Below are positions 48,595-57,797 of a DNA stretch of 64,000 bases, one piece after another. Below the pieces are notes generated by a model. The model was given only the letters and a program-made list of their open reading frames with translations. It was not told the DNA's origin and made no database searches. A program made the position numbers and the translations under genes. The stretch lies in NCBI GenBank assembly GCA_044507735.1, contig JBIQJB010000001.1, forward strand, positions 96,001 through 160,000, given 5' to 3'. Every line of letters begins with the position of its first letter. Position 1 is the first letter of the stretch. The DNA is from Nitrosopumilales archaeon. GTDB taxonomy: Archaea; Thermoproteota; Nitrososphaeria; Nitrososphaerales; Nitrososphaeraceae.

Positions 48595-49323
48595 ATGAAA
48601 AATCAAAGCTTAATACTGGGAGCAGTCATTGCAGCAGGGCTCTTGGCAACCGCAGGCCTTGCAGTTTCCAACATTTCTGCCCAGCCGGCAGGAAACATGC
48701 AGGACCAAGGACAAGCGATGGACGACAACGACGAAAGGCCATCGGTGCAGTACAAACTCAACAAGAAATATTATGACTACAAGGATGGCGTCTTCAAGGT
48801 GAGGGCGGGTGCAGGCAGCTATGTTGCACCGGTGACCCTGTTCTTCCCGAACTACGCTGAAATAAATGTAGGTGAGACGGTAGTCTTTTACAACCCGACC
48901 AAGGTCAGCGAACCACACACAGTCACATTCATTATTGACAACAGCACATACGCGGATTTCGTCGCGCCTTATCTAATCGACAACCAGACATCAGTCACAC
49001 CAGCAGTTCCAAACTCTAACGCGGATCCAATAGTGATGCCCGGACCGCCTGGCCAGAACGTAATCGTCGCCCTGAACAACCGCTCGTTCATGCCGACCGT
49101 AATAGACTCGGAAGGAAACGCGACTTATCTACCGCCAAATGCGAGCTACAACGTCACGGGTACTGAAAAGTACATCAACTCTGGATGGATTTGGCCAGAA
49201 GGAATGTCTCCACCGGGACTTGCACCGATCGACTCATTCAGCCTCACCTTCAACAAGGAAGGGACGTACGACTACCTGTGCATAGTGCACCCATGGATGA
49301 CCGGACAGATAGTGGTCAACTAG
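48595..49323 (+). CDS. Exported cupredoxin (type-1 copper) protein
   Basis: Signal peptide; INVGETVVF, EPHTVTF, GTYDYLCIVHPWMTG. Confidence 0.88.
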   Translation: MKNQSLILGAVIAAGLLATAGLAVSNISAQPAGNMQDQGQAMDDNDERPSVQYKLNKKYYDYKDGVFKVRAGAGSYVAPVTLFFPNYAEINVGETVVFYNPTKVSEPHTVTFIIDNSTYADFVAPYLIDNQTSVTPAVPNSNADPIVMPGPPGQNVIVALNNRSFMPTVIDSEGNATYLPPNASYNVTGTEKYINSGWIWPEGMSPPGLAPIDSFSLTFNKEGTYDYLCIVHPWMTGQIVVN

Positions 49324-49700
49324 CCTTCCTCTCTTTTTCTCCTTTTTTTGAGAATAATCAGTGTGTTCTTATTTTACGACGATTCCAGTATCAAGACGAT
49401 CCGAGTCTTTTCATGTGTGTTGATTTCAAAATCAGGTGTGAGAGTTGCAGCAAGATTCTTGTGAGCATTGGACGCACTATGTGGCAATCCTCTTTTTCCG
49501 TCTCCTTCTCTCCCAGGTCTTGAAAACCGAGTTCCATTGTGGCTCTGTGTTGTATCATCAGTTGACGCAGCCCAGCACTAGAGCCCTTTGGAAAGTGTGA
49601 TCCGAATCCCTCCAAACCCACTTTATCACAAAGCGTCCAATCAGGATTGCAAATTTTTCAATGAATGATGCCTTATTAACTACCTATACGTGGCCTGAGT

Positions 49701-50717
49701 ATGTCAGATTACGAAAAAGCTGTCGATATGATGCTGGGCAGATGGAAGAGTCAAATACTGTACACCGGCGTAAAGCTTGGTATCTTTGAGTCGCTGGACA
49801 GAACTCCAAAGCATTCTTCTGAAATCGCCCGGGATTTGAATCTCGACGCTTCTTTGACTTATCGACTTTTGCGTGCCCTTGCCTCACTGGGATTTCTGAA
49901 TGAAACAGAGGAACGGAGATTTTCAATCACACCCATGGGGGAGTTTGTCCGAAAGGATCATCCGCAGACTCTAAGGGGAGCACTCTTGCTGGAAGAGGGC
50001 CCGGAGCACTACGCCATCTGGAGGCACCTTGCCGACATGGTGCGGGACGGCAAGCAGGACGGCTTTATGCGCGAGTTTGGCCAGAGGATTTTCGACTATA
50101 TTTCGCAGAACTCGGCGTACAGAGATGTGTTCAACTACGCCATGAGCAGCTACTCTGCCACGCACACCAAGATGGTGCTTGAAGCCCTAAAGGACTACGA
50201 CTTTTCCAATATCAAGAGCCTTTGCGACATCGGCGGTGGACACGGTCACCTCATATGCAACATACTCCGCGAGCATCCGCAGTTGCAGGGCGCCGTGCTA
50301 GAGCTGGAATCCACAATTAATAACAAAGAACTGCTTTGGGCGGAAAAGATGGGTGTGGCAGACAGATGCAGCTATATTGCAGGAGACATGTTTAAGGAAG
50401 TGCCGCGCCTGGATGCCTACATAATGAAAATGATCTTGCACGACTGGAATGACGAAGAATGTGTTGCCATTCTTTCGAATATCCAGAAGGCGTCTCCTCC
50501 AGGCGGAAGAGTTCTAATCGTCGAGCACGTGGTGCCAGGCCATGATACTCCTCATTTCTCAAAGCTGTTTGACATCCACATGATGTGCGCCCTTACTGGA
50601 AGGGAGAGGACAGAAAAAGAATACGCTGAATTGCTGGAAAAAGCAGGACTGCAGTATTTGAAGACGCACTATCCGCCATCAAGGACGATAGGGGTCGTTG
50701 AGGGAATCAAGCGCTAA
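49701..50717 (+). CDS. SAM-dependent O-methyltransferase (COMT-like, dimerisation domain)
   Basis: RLLRALASLG, CDIGGGHG, AGDMF, ILHDWND, GRERT. Confidence 0.92.
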   Translation: MSDYEKAVDMMLGRWKSQILYTGVKLGIFESLDRTPKHSSEIARDLNLDASLTYRLLRALASLGFLNETEERRFSITPMGEFVRKDHPQTLRGALLLEEGPEHYAIWRHLADMVRDGKQDGFMREFGQRIFDYISQNSAYRDVFNYAMSSYSATHTKMVLEALKDYDFSNIKSLCDIGGGHGHLICNILREHPQLQGAVLELESTINNKELLWAEKMGVADRCSYIAGDMFKEVPRLDAYIMKMILHDWNDEECVAILSNIQKASPPGGRVLIVEHVVPGHDTPHFSKLFDIHMMCALTGRERTEKEYAELLEKAGLQYLKTHYPPSRTIGVVEGIKR

Positions 50718-51131
50718 CTGTGGACTTGATCCCCCTGCCATCCTCACCCCACCCCGCAGCCTTTTCCAACCAAGTCACTGTATATTCCAGGTTCGCTCTC
50801 GGGCTGTCCCGAAGAGCTCAAGTTTTTTGGAATGACAGAAACAAAGTACTCTACAGGCCTTCAAATATCCTGTGGCCCAGCCGAAATAAAGAGGCTACTT
50901 GCATTATCGACTTTCTGAAAGAAGCGCCTGAAAGATCTCCAGCATCAGAGTACGCATGTATTGATGCGGAACGATCACAGAGATCTCTACTGGAGCTCGG
51001 AGTGACAACATATCGACTTGAATGGACAGGATAGAAGGTCGTGTGACTCTATAACCGAGTAGGTTCGACATCGCACGATAGTTAAGTGAATGGCCTCCCT
51101 CCGCCATGTCCACAGAATCCTTTCAAATACT

Positions 51132-51156
51132 GTTTAAATATTAGGCTAGCCTAATT
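51132..51156 (+). promoter_or_regulatory. TATA box plus palindromic operator, copy 1
   Basis: GTTTAAATATTAGGCTAGCCTAATT containing the perfect palindrome ATTAGGCTAGCCTAAT. Confidence 0.8.
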
Positions 51157-51168
51157 AGGGACACCTAA

Positions 51169-51528
51169 TTGAGCGACAAGATGTTATCCTTTCACTATGA
51201 AGAAGCGATTCCAATATTACAAGAGCTCGCGGACATCATTTCACAAAAAATAATCCTTTCGACCATTGACTCAGCCAAGTCTGCACAAGAGATTGCAGCA
51301 GAGAACAACCTGCCGCAAAGCTCGACCTACAAGAAGATAAGAAAATTGTGCAACATGAAGCTGCTGGGAGTGGACAAGATACAGCTGAACGGTAGCGGAA
51401 AAAAAGTCTTTTACTATCGGAGCAAGGTGAGATCTTGTCAGTTCTACCTGCGGCCTGGAGAGTCAGTGCTGCAGTTTGAAAAGAACGAAGGAGTCTGTGT
51501 GATAGAAGGGATAAGGATCAGCAGATGA
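51169..51528 (+). CDS. ArsR-like winged-helix regulator
   Basis: KSAQEIAAENNLPQSSTYKKIRKL..GKKVFYYRS. Confidence 0.85.
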   Translation: MSDKMLSFHYEEAIPILQELADIISQKIILSTIDSAKSAQEIAAENNLPQSSTYKKIRKLCNMKLLGVDKIQLNGSGKKVFYYRSKVRSCQFYLRPGESVLQFEKNEGVCVIEGIRISR

Positions 51529-51563
51529 TATCATTAGTTTTCAGGCCAGAGAATCCAGACAGA

Positions 51564-51588
51564 GTTTAAATATTAGGCTAGCCTAATT
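51564..51588 (+). promoter_or_regulatory. TATA box plus palindromic operator, copy 2
   Basis: Identical 25-bp repeat of 51132-51156. Confidence 0.8.
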
Positions 51589-51882
51589 CGCCTCGCCTAA
51601 CCGATGAATGAAAATCTCCACGGACACAAAAAGTGTTATTGTCTTTGGGAAAAGACAAACTGGTATCTGAGTTCACCTCTGACTCCCACCAGTGGCATGT
51701 GCACACCGTAAATCGTGGAGGTTATCATTCGTGATTCCTGCACGAAACGCCCAGGGTTGAGGGAGCCTCACCCTCTTCCCTCAAGTATTCATCAAACAGT
51801 GTTAAATGTTGTATACCAGCTAGCTCCAAATGTGAACATAAAGGTTGTAAGCCGGTTACAGGGTTTTCCACTGCAGTAGAGA

Positions 51883-52377
51883 ATGCCGATAGAATTTAGC
51901 AGGCAGGCCATGCAGGCTTTTTCTCCCGAATTCAAAAATCGCGTACTGCGGGTCTACTCACTGTATCCAGAGTTGCGGGAAAAGAGGATCTCGTGTGGCT
52001 TGCTGACTAGGCGAGGCTGGGTAGTGGGTACGGCCATAAGTTGGACATCGCCTCCTGTTTTCCGGCTCCAGCCAAACGTCTCTCATTATACTATAGCACA
52101 CGAGCTGACTCACTTGGTGCAGGGAAATGGGTCAGGCATTCCTCACGGCGAGGTTGCCTGCGACATTTGGACTCTGCACAGGCTACCAACCGATCTTTTG
52201 GATCAGCGGCCGTACTACCTGATGAAGAACATCCGGTGCGATTGGAAAAAAGTGAATAAGGACAAGATCAAAGAGCTTTGCACACAGGCAATAGAGGTAA
52301 GAAAAACGCAACGCTCTTACATTGTCTGGCTGCGTCGCCAGATCAAGAATCTGAATGGGGTTTCTGAAATGCGGTGA
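51883..52377 (+). CDS. Hypothetical protein with HExxH (zincin-like) motif
   Basis: TIAHELTHLVQ..PHGEVACD. Confidence 0.7.
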   Translation: MPIEFSRQAMQAFSPEFKNRVLRVYSLYPELREKRISCGLLTRRGWVVGTAISWTSPPVFRLQPNVSHYTIAHELTHLVQGNGSGIPHGEVACDIWTLHRLPTDLLDQRPYYLMKNIRCDWKKVNKDKIKELCTQAIEVRKTQRSYIVWLRRQIKNLNGVSEMR

Positions 52378-52671
52378 TGTGCCCGAAAAAATACGTGCGG
52401 GCAGCCGATTGGCAATCCTTCGCTGCCCTTTTGAGTAGGATGCATCAGTCAAATCTGTCAAGTGACAGATAAGTACTCTTTTTCTTGAATTCAACGACAT
52501 TTTGGCATGTCTAGCAGTTACGGGAGAAAGGTCTTGTCAATCGATCAAGTGGCAGACCTGATGCAAGAACAAGCAACGGCGAAAAATCTACGCCGAAAAT
52601 AGAAGCAAGTACCATAAGATTCAATCAACAATCTTATATGCAAACAGCTATTGCTATTACTCTGACTTCAG

Positions 52672-52968
52672 ATGCGCAATCGACAGAAGGACGAAATAAT
52701 AAGGGATATTTTGCATAGCGCCCAAGGCGGCGCGGGTATCACCAAGATCATGTTTCACGCGTATCTGACACACACTCAGGCCAAGGAATACACACAAATA
52801 CTCTTGCAAAATGGCCTTTTGGAGCAGGATATCGATTCCGGCTCGCTCAGGGAGTTTCGCACAACTCCAAAGGGGTTAGAATACTTGACCGCCATTGAGA
52901 AAATGTCAGATATGCTCGCGATAGAAACCAAACGGGCAGCAACTAGGTCCAGCGCGTTTCTCATTTAA
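52672..52968 (+). CDS. Winged-helix DNA-binding protein
   Basis: R..EIIRDIL..ITKIMFHAYL..GLLE..TTPKG; paralog of 58541-58798. Confidence 0.85.
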   Translation: MRNRQKDEIIRDILHSAQGGAGITKIMFHAYLTHTQAKEYTQILLQNGLLEQDIDSGSLREFRTTPKGLEYLTAIEKMSDMLAIETKRAATRSSAFLI

Positions 52969-53194
52969 CCCAGGAATTTTCTTTTTGCATTGCCGCATTC
53001 CCGTATCTTGACTCGCTTGGGCTTGTTGTTAATTTCCGCGTCACGCACATAATTCTTGATCTGAGGGAAGCAACAAGAGTCGACTATTTTCTCCAGCTGG
53101 CTTAGCAGGTTAAACGTCGAATCTTCTAGCAGAGCTCCCTGCCCTACGCCAGTTACTTACTTTATCGCACACGTTGCGCACAATGACCAAAAAA

Positions 53195-53971
53195 TTACAC
53201 GATCCTTTTTGCAACTTTCAGCGCGCCGGCAACGGTGTGCTCGACCGCTTCGAGGCACTTGATGTTGCGACTCTTAAGCTCTTTGCTGGTCAGAGGCCCT
53301 ATGGAGACTACCTTTGTAAGATCATTGAGAGGCGGGTTGGGAAATCCCAGCTTATCCATTATCTCGAAGAACGACCTGACGTTTGATGCACTTGTAAATA
53401 TGACGACGTTCACTTTGTTATCTGCAAGCAAGCTTGAAAACTCTCTCCATACATTCGTTGGCGTCGCCGTGCGCACAGTATAGAGTAGCACTTCGTCAAC
53501 CTGCATCCCGAGGTCTTGAAGTGCCTTTGCAACCGACTCGTTAGCTGCTCCGCTCCGCGGTATGATTATCTTTTTGTTCCTCAGGTTCAGGCGCGATAGA
53601 TGCTCTACCAAGCCGCTTGAAGAGAAGCTGTCAGGCATCATCTTCACGTCTACCCTGTTCTCGATCAGTCTCTCCTTGGTCTTTGGACCAACAGCTATCA
53701 CAGTAGTCGAATTCAGGAGGGCCGCCACCTCCTCGCCGGAGTGCTCGAACAAGATGTTGACTGCCTGAGGGCTCATGAACGCGCAATAGTCGTACCTGAT
53801 ATTCCGTAGCTTGGTCAGAAATTCCTGAACTGCAGCTGGTCCCATTGGTACAACCTCTATTGCTGGGAGTGCAATGCCTCGACCTCCTTCTTCTTGTACA
53901 ACTTTCAAAAACTCGGCGGCATCTTGCGGGTTTCTGGTGATTGCAAGGGTTTTATCCTGAAAGCCCGGCAC
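53195..53971 (-). CDS. hemD: Uroporphyrinogen-III synthase
   Basis: AITR, AVGPKT, FTSASNV, SIGPLT; hem operon context. Confidence 0.9.
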   Translation of the reverse strand: MPGFQDKTLAITRNPQDAAEFLKVVQEEGGRGIALPAIEVVPMGPAAVQEFLTKLRNIRYDYCAFMSPQAVNILFEHSGEEVAALLNSTTVIAVGPKTKERLIENRVDVKMMPDSFSSSGLVEHLSRLNLRNKKIIIPRSGAANESVAKALQDLGMQVDEVLLYTVRTATPTNVWREFSSLLADNKVNVVIFTSASNVRSFFEIMDKLGFPNPPLNDLTKVVSIGPLTSKELKSRNIKCLEAVEHTVAGALKVAKRIV

Positions 53972-53980
53972 CAGTGACGC

Positions 53981-54733
53981 TCACCTGAACCATTCTAGGT
54001 GATCAAGACCCGCTACCTTGCCTATGACTATGACAGCTGGTGGCTTGACATTTGCCTTGCTGGCCATATCTGTAATGGTTGCAAGCGTGCCTCTGACTGT
54101 CTTCTGCTTCTCGGTCGTGCCACTTACCACAATTGCTACTGGAGTGTTTTTCTTCATGCCGGCCTTTATCAAATCCTTGGAGATCTGTTCAAGCTGACCG
54201 ATCCCCATGAGCACGACTATTGTATCTACTGCGCCAGCCAGCTTGTCCCACTTTACTACGGGCTCGTCCTTCCCTGGGTCCTCATGGCCTGTCACTATTG
54301 CAACTGATGATGAGTGTCGTCTGTGCGTGAGCGGAATGCCTGCATAAGCTGGCGACGCGATTGCTGAAGTTATGCCTGGTACTATCTCAAACTTAATCCC
54401 GAGCTTTAGAAGATGTTCTGCCTCCTCTGCGCCTCGGCCATAAATGAAAGGGTCGCCGCCCTTCAGCCGGAGTACTTGTTTTCCTTTTTTCGCATATTCT
54501 GCCATAAGCTCGTTGGTCCTGTCTTGGTGCGTAGTCGGGTCTCCTACGGCCCTGCCAACATAGACCTTCTCTGCGCTCGCGGGGATCTGATCAACTAGTT
54601 CTCGTGCCACAAGCCTGTCATACAGTACTACATCGCAGGTCTTCAGAAGCTCCATAGCCCGGACGGTGATCAATTTTGGATCGCCGGGTCCTGCCCCGCA
54701 GATGAAAACCTTGCCTGTCTTACCCCTTTTCAT
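53981..54733 (-). CDS. cobA: Uroporphyrinogen-III C-methyltransferase
   Basis: GAGPGDPKLIT, RLKGGDPFIYGRG, GIPLTHR; ATG overlaps hemC stop. Confidence 0.95.
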   Translation of the reverse strand: MKRGKTGKVFICGAGPGDPKLITVRAMELLKTCDVVLYDRLVARELVDQIPASAEKVYVGRAVGDPTTHQDRTNELMAEYAKKGKQVLRLKGGDPFIYGRGAEEAEHLLKLGIKFEIVPGITSAIASPAYAGIPLTHRRHSSSVAIVTGHEDPGKDEPVVKWDKLAGAVDTIVVLMGIGQLEQISKDLIKAGMKKNTPVAIVVSGTTEKQKTVRGTLATITDMASKANVKPPAVIVIGKVAGLDHLEWFR

Positions 54734-55680
54734 AGCCTGCTGTTCCACTCTTCCACGGCCCTGCGCCAGCCTTCAGCCATCTCCATTGCGCCCTTGCTTA
54801 CTAATTGGTCGGCAACTTTGTTGCCCAGCTCTTCCGGCCTCCTTGCATTGCCAACCTCCTTGACCTTGATGTTCCTGCTGCCATCAGCCGAAAACACGCT
54901 GGCGTACAGCGTAATCTTTGAGTTATTCGTTATTGCCACTGCCCCGAGCGGGAACCTGCAACCTCCTTCGACCTTTCTTATCAGCGCCCGCTCTGCCATC
55001 ACCTCTGCGCGAGAGCGCGGGTCTTCAATTGATTTTAACATACTGATCATTTTCTTGTCATTCTGCCTACAGACGATCGCAATTGCTCCCTGTCCAGGCG
55101 CCGGAACGAAATCTCTTACTCCAAAGCGCTCGACTATAACATCCTTCATCCCGATCCGGGTTAGCCCAGCTTCTGCAAGCACTACTGCGTCGTACTCTCC
55201 GCTGATCACTTTTTTTACCCTCGTCTCGACGTTCCCTCTGATCGGCCTTATGTTCAGATCCGGCCTCAGTTTTGTCAGCTGGACTGCGCGCCTGAGGCTG
55301 CTCGTACCTACCTTTGAGCCTGGCGCCAGCTCTTTGAGCTTTCGTCCCTTTTCGTTGACAAGAACATCATTTGGACTTGCCCTCTTTGGAATACATGCTA
55401 CGACCAGCTCTTCAGACAAGTCCGATGGGATGTCTTTGAGGCTGTGAACTGCAAAGTCGACAACGCCGTTCTTGACCGCCTCGTTCACTTCTCTTTCAAA
55501 GATTCCCTTTTCGTCCATAGTGAAGAGCGGGCGCTTGTCGACGTCTCCCTTCGTGCTTATTGTAACGACTTCAAAATGGATTCCCGGGTTTGACTTGCGG
55601 AGAGCTGAAAGCGCTATCTCTGTCTGGGCTATTGCGAGCCTGCTTCCTCTGGTACCGACCCTTACTGTCGCCTTTTTCAT
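54730..55680 (-). CDS. hemC: Porphobilinogen deaminase
   Basis: GTRGSRLA..Q, VHSLKD, GTSSLRR, RGNVETR, EGGC. Confidence 0.96.
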   Translation of the reverse strand: MKKATVRVGTRGSRLAIAQTEIALSALRKSNPGIHFEVVTISTKGDVDKRPLFTMDEKGIFEREVNEAVKNGVVDFAVHSLKDIPSDLSEELVVACIPKRASPNDVLVNEKGRKLKELAPGSKVGTSSLRRAVQLTKLRPDLNIRPIRGNVETRVKKVISGEYDAVVLAEAGLTRIGMKDVIVERFGVRDFVPAPGQGAIAIVCRQNDKKMISMLKSIEDPRSRAEVMAERALIRKVEGGCRFPLGAVAITNNSKITLYASVFSADGSRNIKVKEVGNARRPEELGNKVADQLVSKGAMEMAEGWRRAVEEWNSRL

Positions 55681-56951
55681 TTCTTTGCTATCCTGCGAAG
55701 TGCCTCGCCATATGCTTCAACGGTCCTGTCAACATCATCCTCGCTGTGAGCGTAGGAGACAAAGCATGTTTCAAACTGCGATGGAGGAATGAAAACCTCG
55801 CGCCTTAAAAGCTCGTCGAATAGCTTGCGGAACGAAACTGGGTTGGCCCTTCTCGCGCTTGCCGCGTCCTTTACCCTCTCACCCGTAAAGAACACTTGGA
55901 ACATAGACCCAATAGAGTTTATTGTGCATTCAAGCTGGGTGCTTGATATCGCATCCTTTATGCCGTTGACAATACTGTCACATGTCCTGGCAATTCCTGG
56001 ATAAATTGAATTCTTGGCTTCGATGAGCGCTTCAAGAGTTGCTATGCCCGCCGCTACGGACACAGGATTGCCTGCAAACGTACTTGCTTGGTATGCAGGA
56101 CCCGCAGGTGCCAGCCTTCCCATGATCTCCTTCTTGCCTGCAATGGCAGCTATTGGCAGTCCATTGCCAAGAGCTTTTGCAAATGTCGCCAAGTCCGGCT
56201 TGACTCCGAAAAATCCGCCGGCCCCGCCAAGTGCAAGCCTAAAGCCCGTCACTACTTCGTCGAATATCAAAACGACGTCGTTTTGCTCTGTGATCTTTCT
56301 CACCTCGTTGAGATATCCTTTTTCTGGAAGTACAAGTCCTATGTTGGCAAGCACCGGCTCCATTATCACACAGGCGGTGTCACGGTTCTTTTCGATTGCA
56401 CGTTCTAATGCACCTGCGTCATTGTACGGAACAACTGTGGTCCGCGCAGATGCTTCTTCAAGTACGCCTTCTGACGCCGGCATGCTGGCGGCACCCGATC
56501 CTGCCTTGGCAAGCACATAGTCATGCGCGCCATGGTAGCCGCCATCAAACTTTATCACATCCTTCTTCTTTGTATGAGCGCGAGCAAGCCTGATAGCGTG
56601 CATTGTCGCCTCCGAGCCCGTGTTGACCAGCCTAACCATCTCTGCACAAGGTACTACCTTGCATATCAACTCTGCCAGCCTGACCTCCTTGTCTGTCGGA
56701 ACGCAAAAGAGCGTGCCGCTCTCCAGCTGTGATCTTACAGCGTCTATCACAGAAGGGTAGCTGTGCCCCAAGGTCAGAGCGCCGTATCCCATGCAATAGT
56801 CTATGTACGTTTTGTGATCGGCGGTAGTAAGCTTGCTACCTCTTGCGGAAGTCGCAAAGAATGGATAAGGATCGTAAAAGCGTACTGGGCTGTTGACCCC
56901 ACCGGGCAGGACCTTCTTTGCCCTGCCATATAGCTGTTCAGACTTGCTCAA
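55677..56951 (-). CDS. hemL: Glutamate-1-semialdehyde 2,1-aminomutase
   Basis: PGGVNSPVR, FDGGYHG, FDEVVTGFR, PPSQFE. Confidence 0.96.
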   Translation of the reverse strand: MSKSEQLYGRAKKVLPGGVNSPVRFYDPYPFFATSARGSKLTTADHKTYIDYCMGYGALTLGHSYPSVIDAVRSQLESGTLFCVPTDKEVRLAELICKVVPCAEMVRLVNTGSEATMHAIRLARAHTKKKDVIKFDGGYHGAHDYVLAKAGSGAASMPASEGVLEEASARTTVVPYNDAGALERAIEKNRDTACVIMEPVLANIGLVLPEKGYLNEVRKITEQNDVVLIFDEVVTGFRLALGGAGGFFGVKPDLATFAKALGNGLPIAAIAGKKEIMGRLAPAGPAYQASTFAGNPVSVAAGIATLEALIEAKNSIYPGIARTCDSIVNGIKDAISSTQLECTINSIGSMFQVFFTGERVKDAASARRANPVSFRKLFDELLRREVFIPPSQFETCFVSYAHSEDDVDRTVEAYGEALRRIAKK

Positions 56952-57029
56952 CTTTATGTATGAGCTCGATTAGGTGATATAATAATTGTAAGGCTAATTA
57001 AATGGAAAACTGCCAAAGTACACACGAGA

Positions 57030-57524
57030 ATGGCAGCAGCATTTTCCACCATTATAGACGACCTCCGGTTCAACGTCGAAAGTAACCGCGATGCGTTGGC
57101 GGCTGCACTAAAGAAGAGTCCTTCTTTTGCTTACCAGAAGGTAAACGAGCTAGCCCTATTCGTCGGGTCGCGCTATGGTGTTAATCTGCAGCTGCATTTT
57201 CCCGAACCGCGCAAGATTTCAGACATTAGCTCGTACGGCATGGAAAACGTCGGGATCGTGGTCGACAAGTTTCGCAAGACCTTTCCAGTACCGAGGGAGA
57301 TGGTCAAGCAAAAGGCAATCGAGCTTATTGGTAGCGATGCCAAGCCGCAGGACGCCTACATGTACGAGGGCAAGGAAGGTGTCAAGGTTGTAATGCCAGG
57401 AGGCAGGATCGAGGTACTGCCCGGCTCAATCCATTTCTGGTGTATCCTAGATGAAAAGGTCAGGGCCTATGCTGATTGGCTTGCCGAGAACGTCTATTTC
57501 GCAGATGCAGGGAAGAAGACTTGA
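57030..57524 (+). CDS. Hypothetical protein
   Basis: Clean ORF divergent from hemL; no family recognised. Confidence 0.75.
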   Translation: MAAAFSTIIDDLRFNVESNRDALAAALKKSPSFAYQKVNELALFVGSRYGVNLQLHFPEPRKISDISSYGMENVGIVVDKFRKTFPVPREMVKQKAIELIGSDAKPQDAYMYEGKEGVKVVMPGGRIEVLPGSIHFWCILDEKVRAYADWLAENVYFADAGKKT

Positions 57525-57797
57525 TGCGCGGATTGTTTCAGATCCACTCTGTCCGCCCCGATGAACCTGTAGATTTCCAAAGTGTATCCGCTATGTCGAA
57601 TTATGAAGACCCGGGCCCGACTACGCAATCTCATAGCCGGAGCAGATTGCAACTTTCAGGAGGGGGGGCGCGCACAGGAGTTGAGACAAAGGACCCGTGC
57701 ATCAGAGGGGGAATAATTTCCCTGCCTATTTTCTTAGGATCCCTGCTGCAGGATAGCAGCAGTACTAGCGAGAGCGGCGGTCGGTGCTCTGCTTCTT

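Larger units (their letters stand above)
45918..49619. mobile_element. tRNA-Lys-integrated island bounded by att-like direct repeats
   Basis: TCCGAATCCCTCCGAACCC (45918-45936) vs TCCGAATCCCTCCAAACCC (49601-49619), 18/19 identical; no integrase recognised. Confidence 0.7.

Noticed and set aside
49391-49621. Integrase fragment reading from the att repeat
   Set aside because: No tyrosine-recombinase motif visible; cannot be excluded without a profile search
57525-57797. RNase P or SRP RNA
   Set aside because: Neither the GAGGAAAGTCC-type P4 signature nor the SRP helix-8 motif was found on either strand
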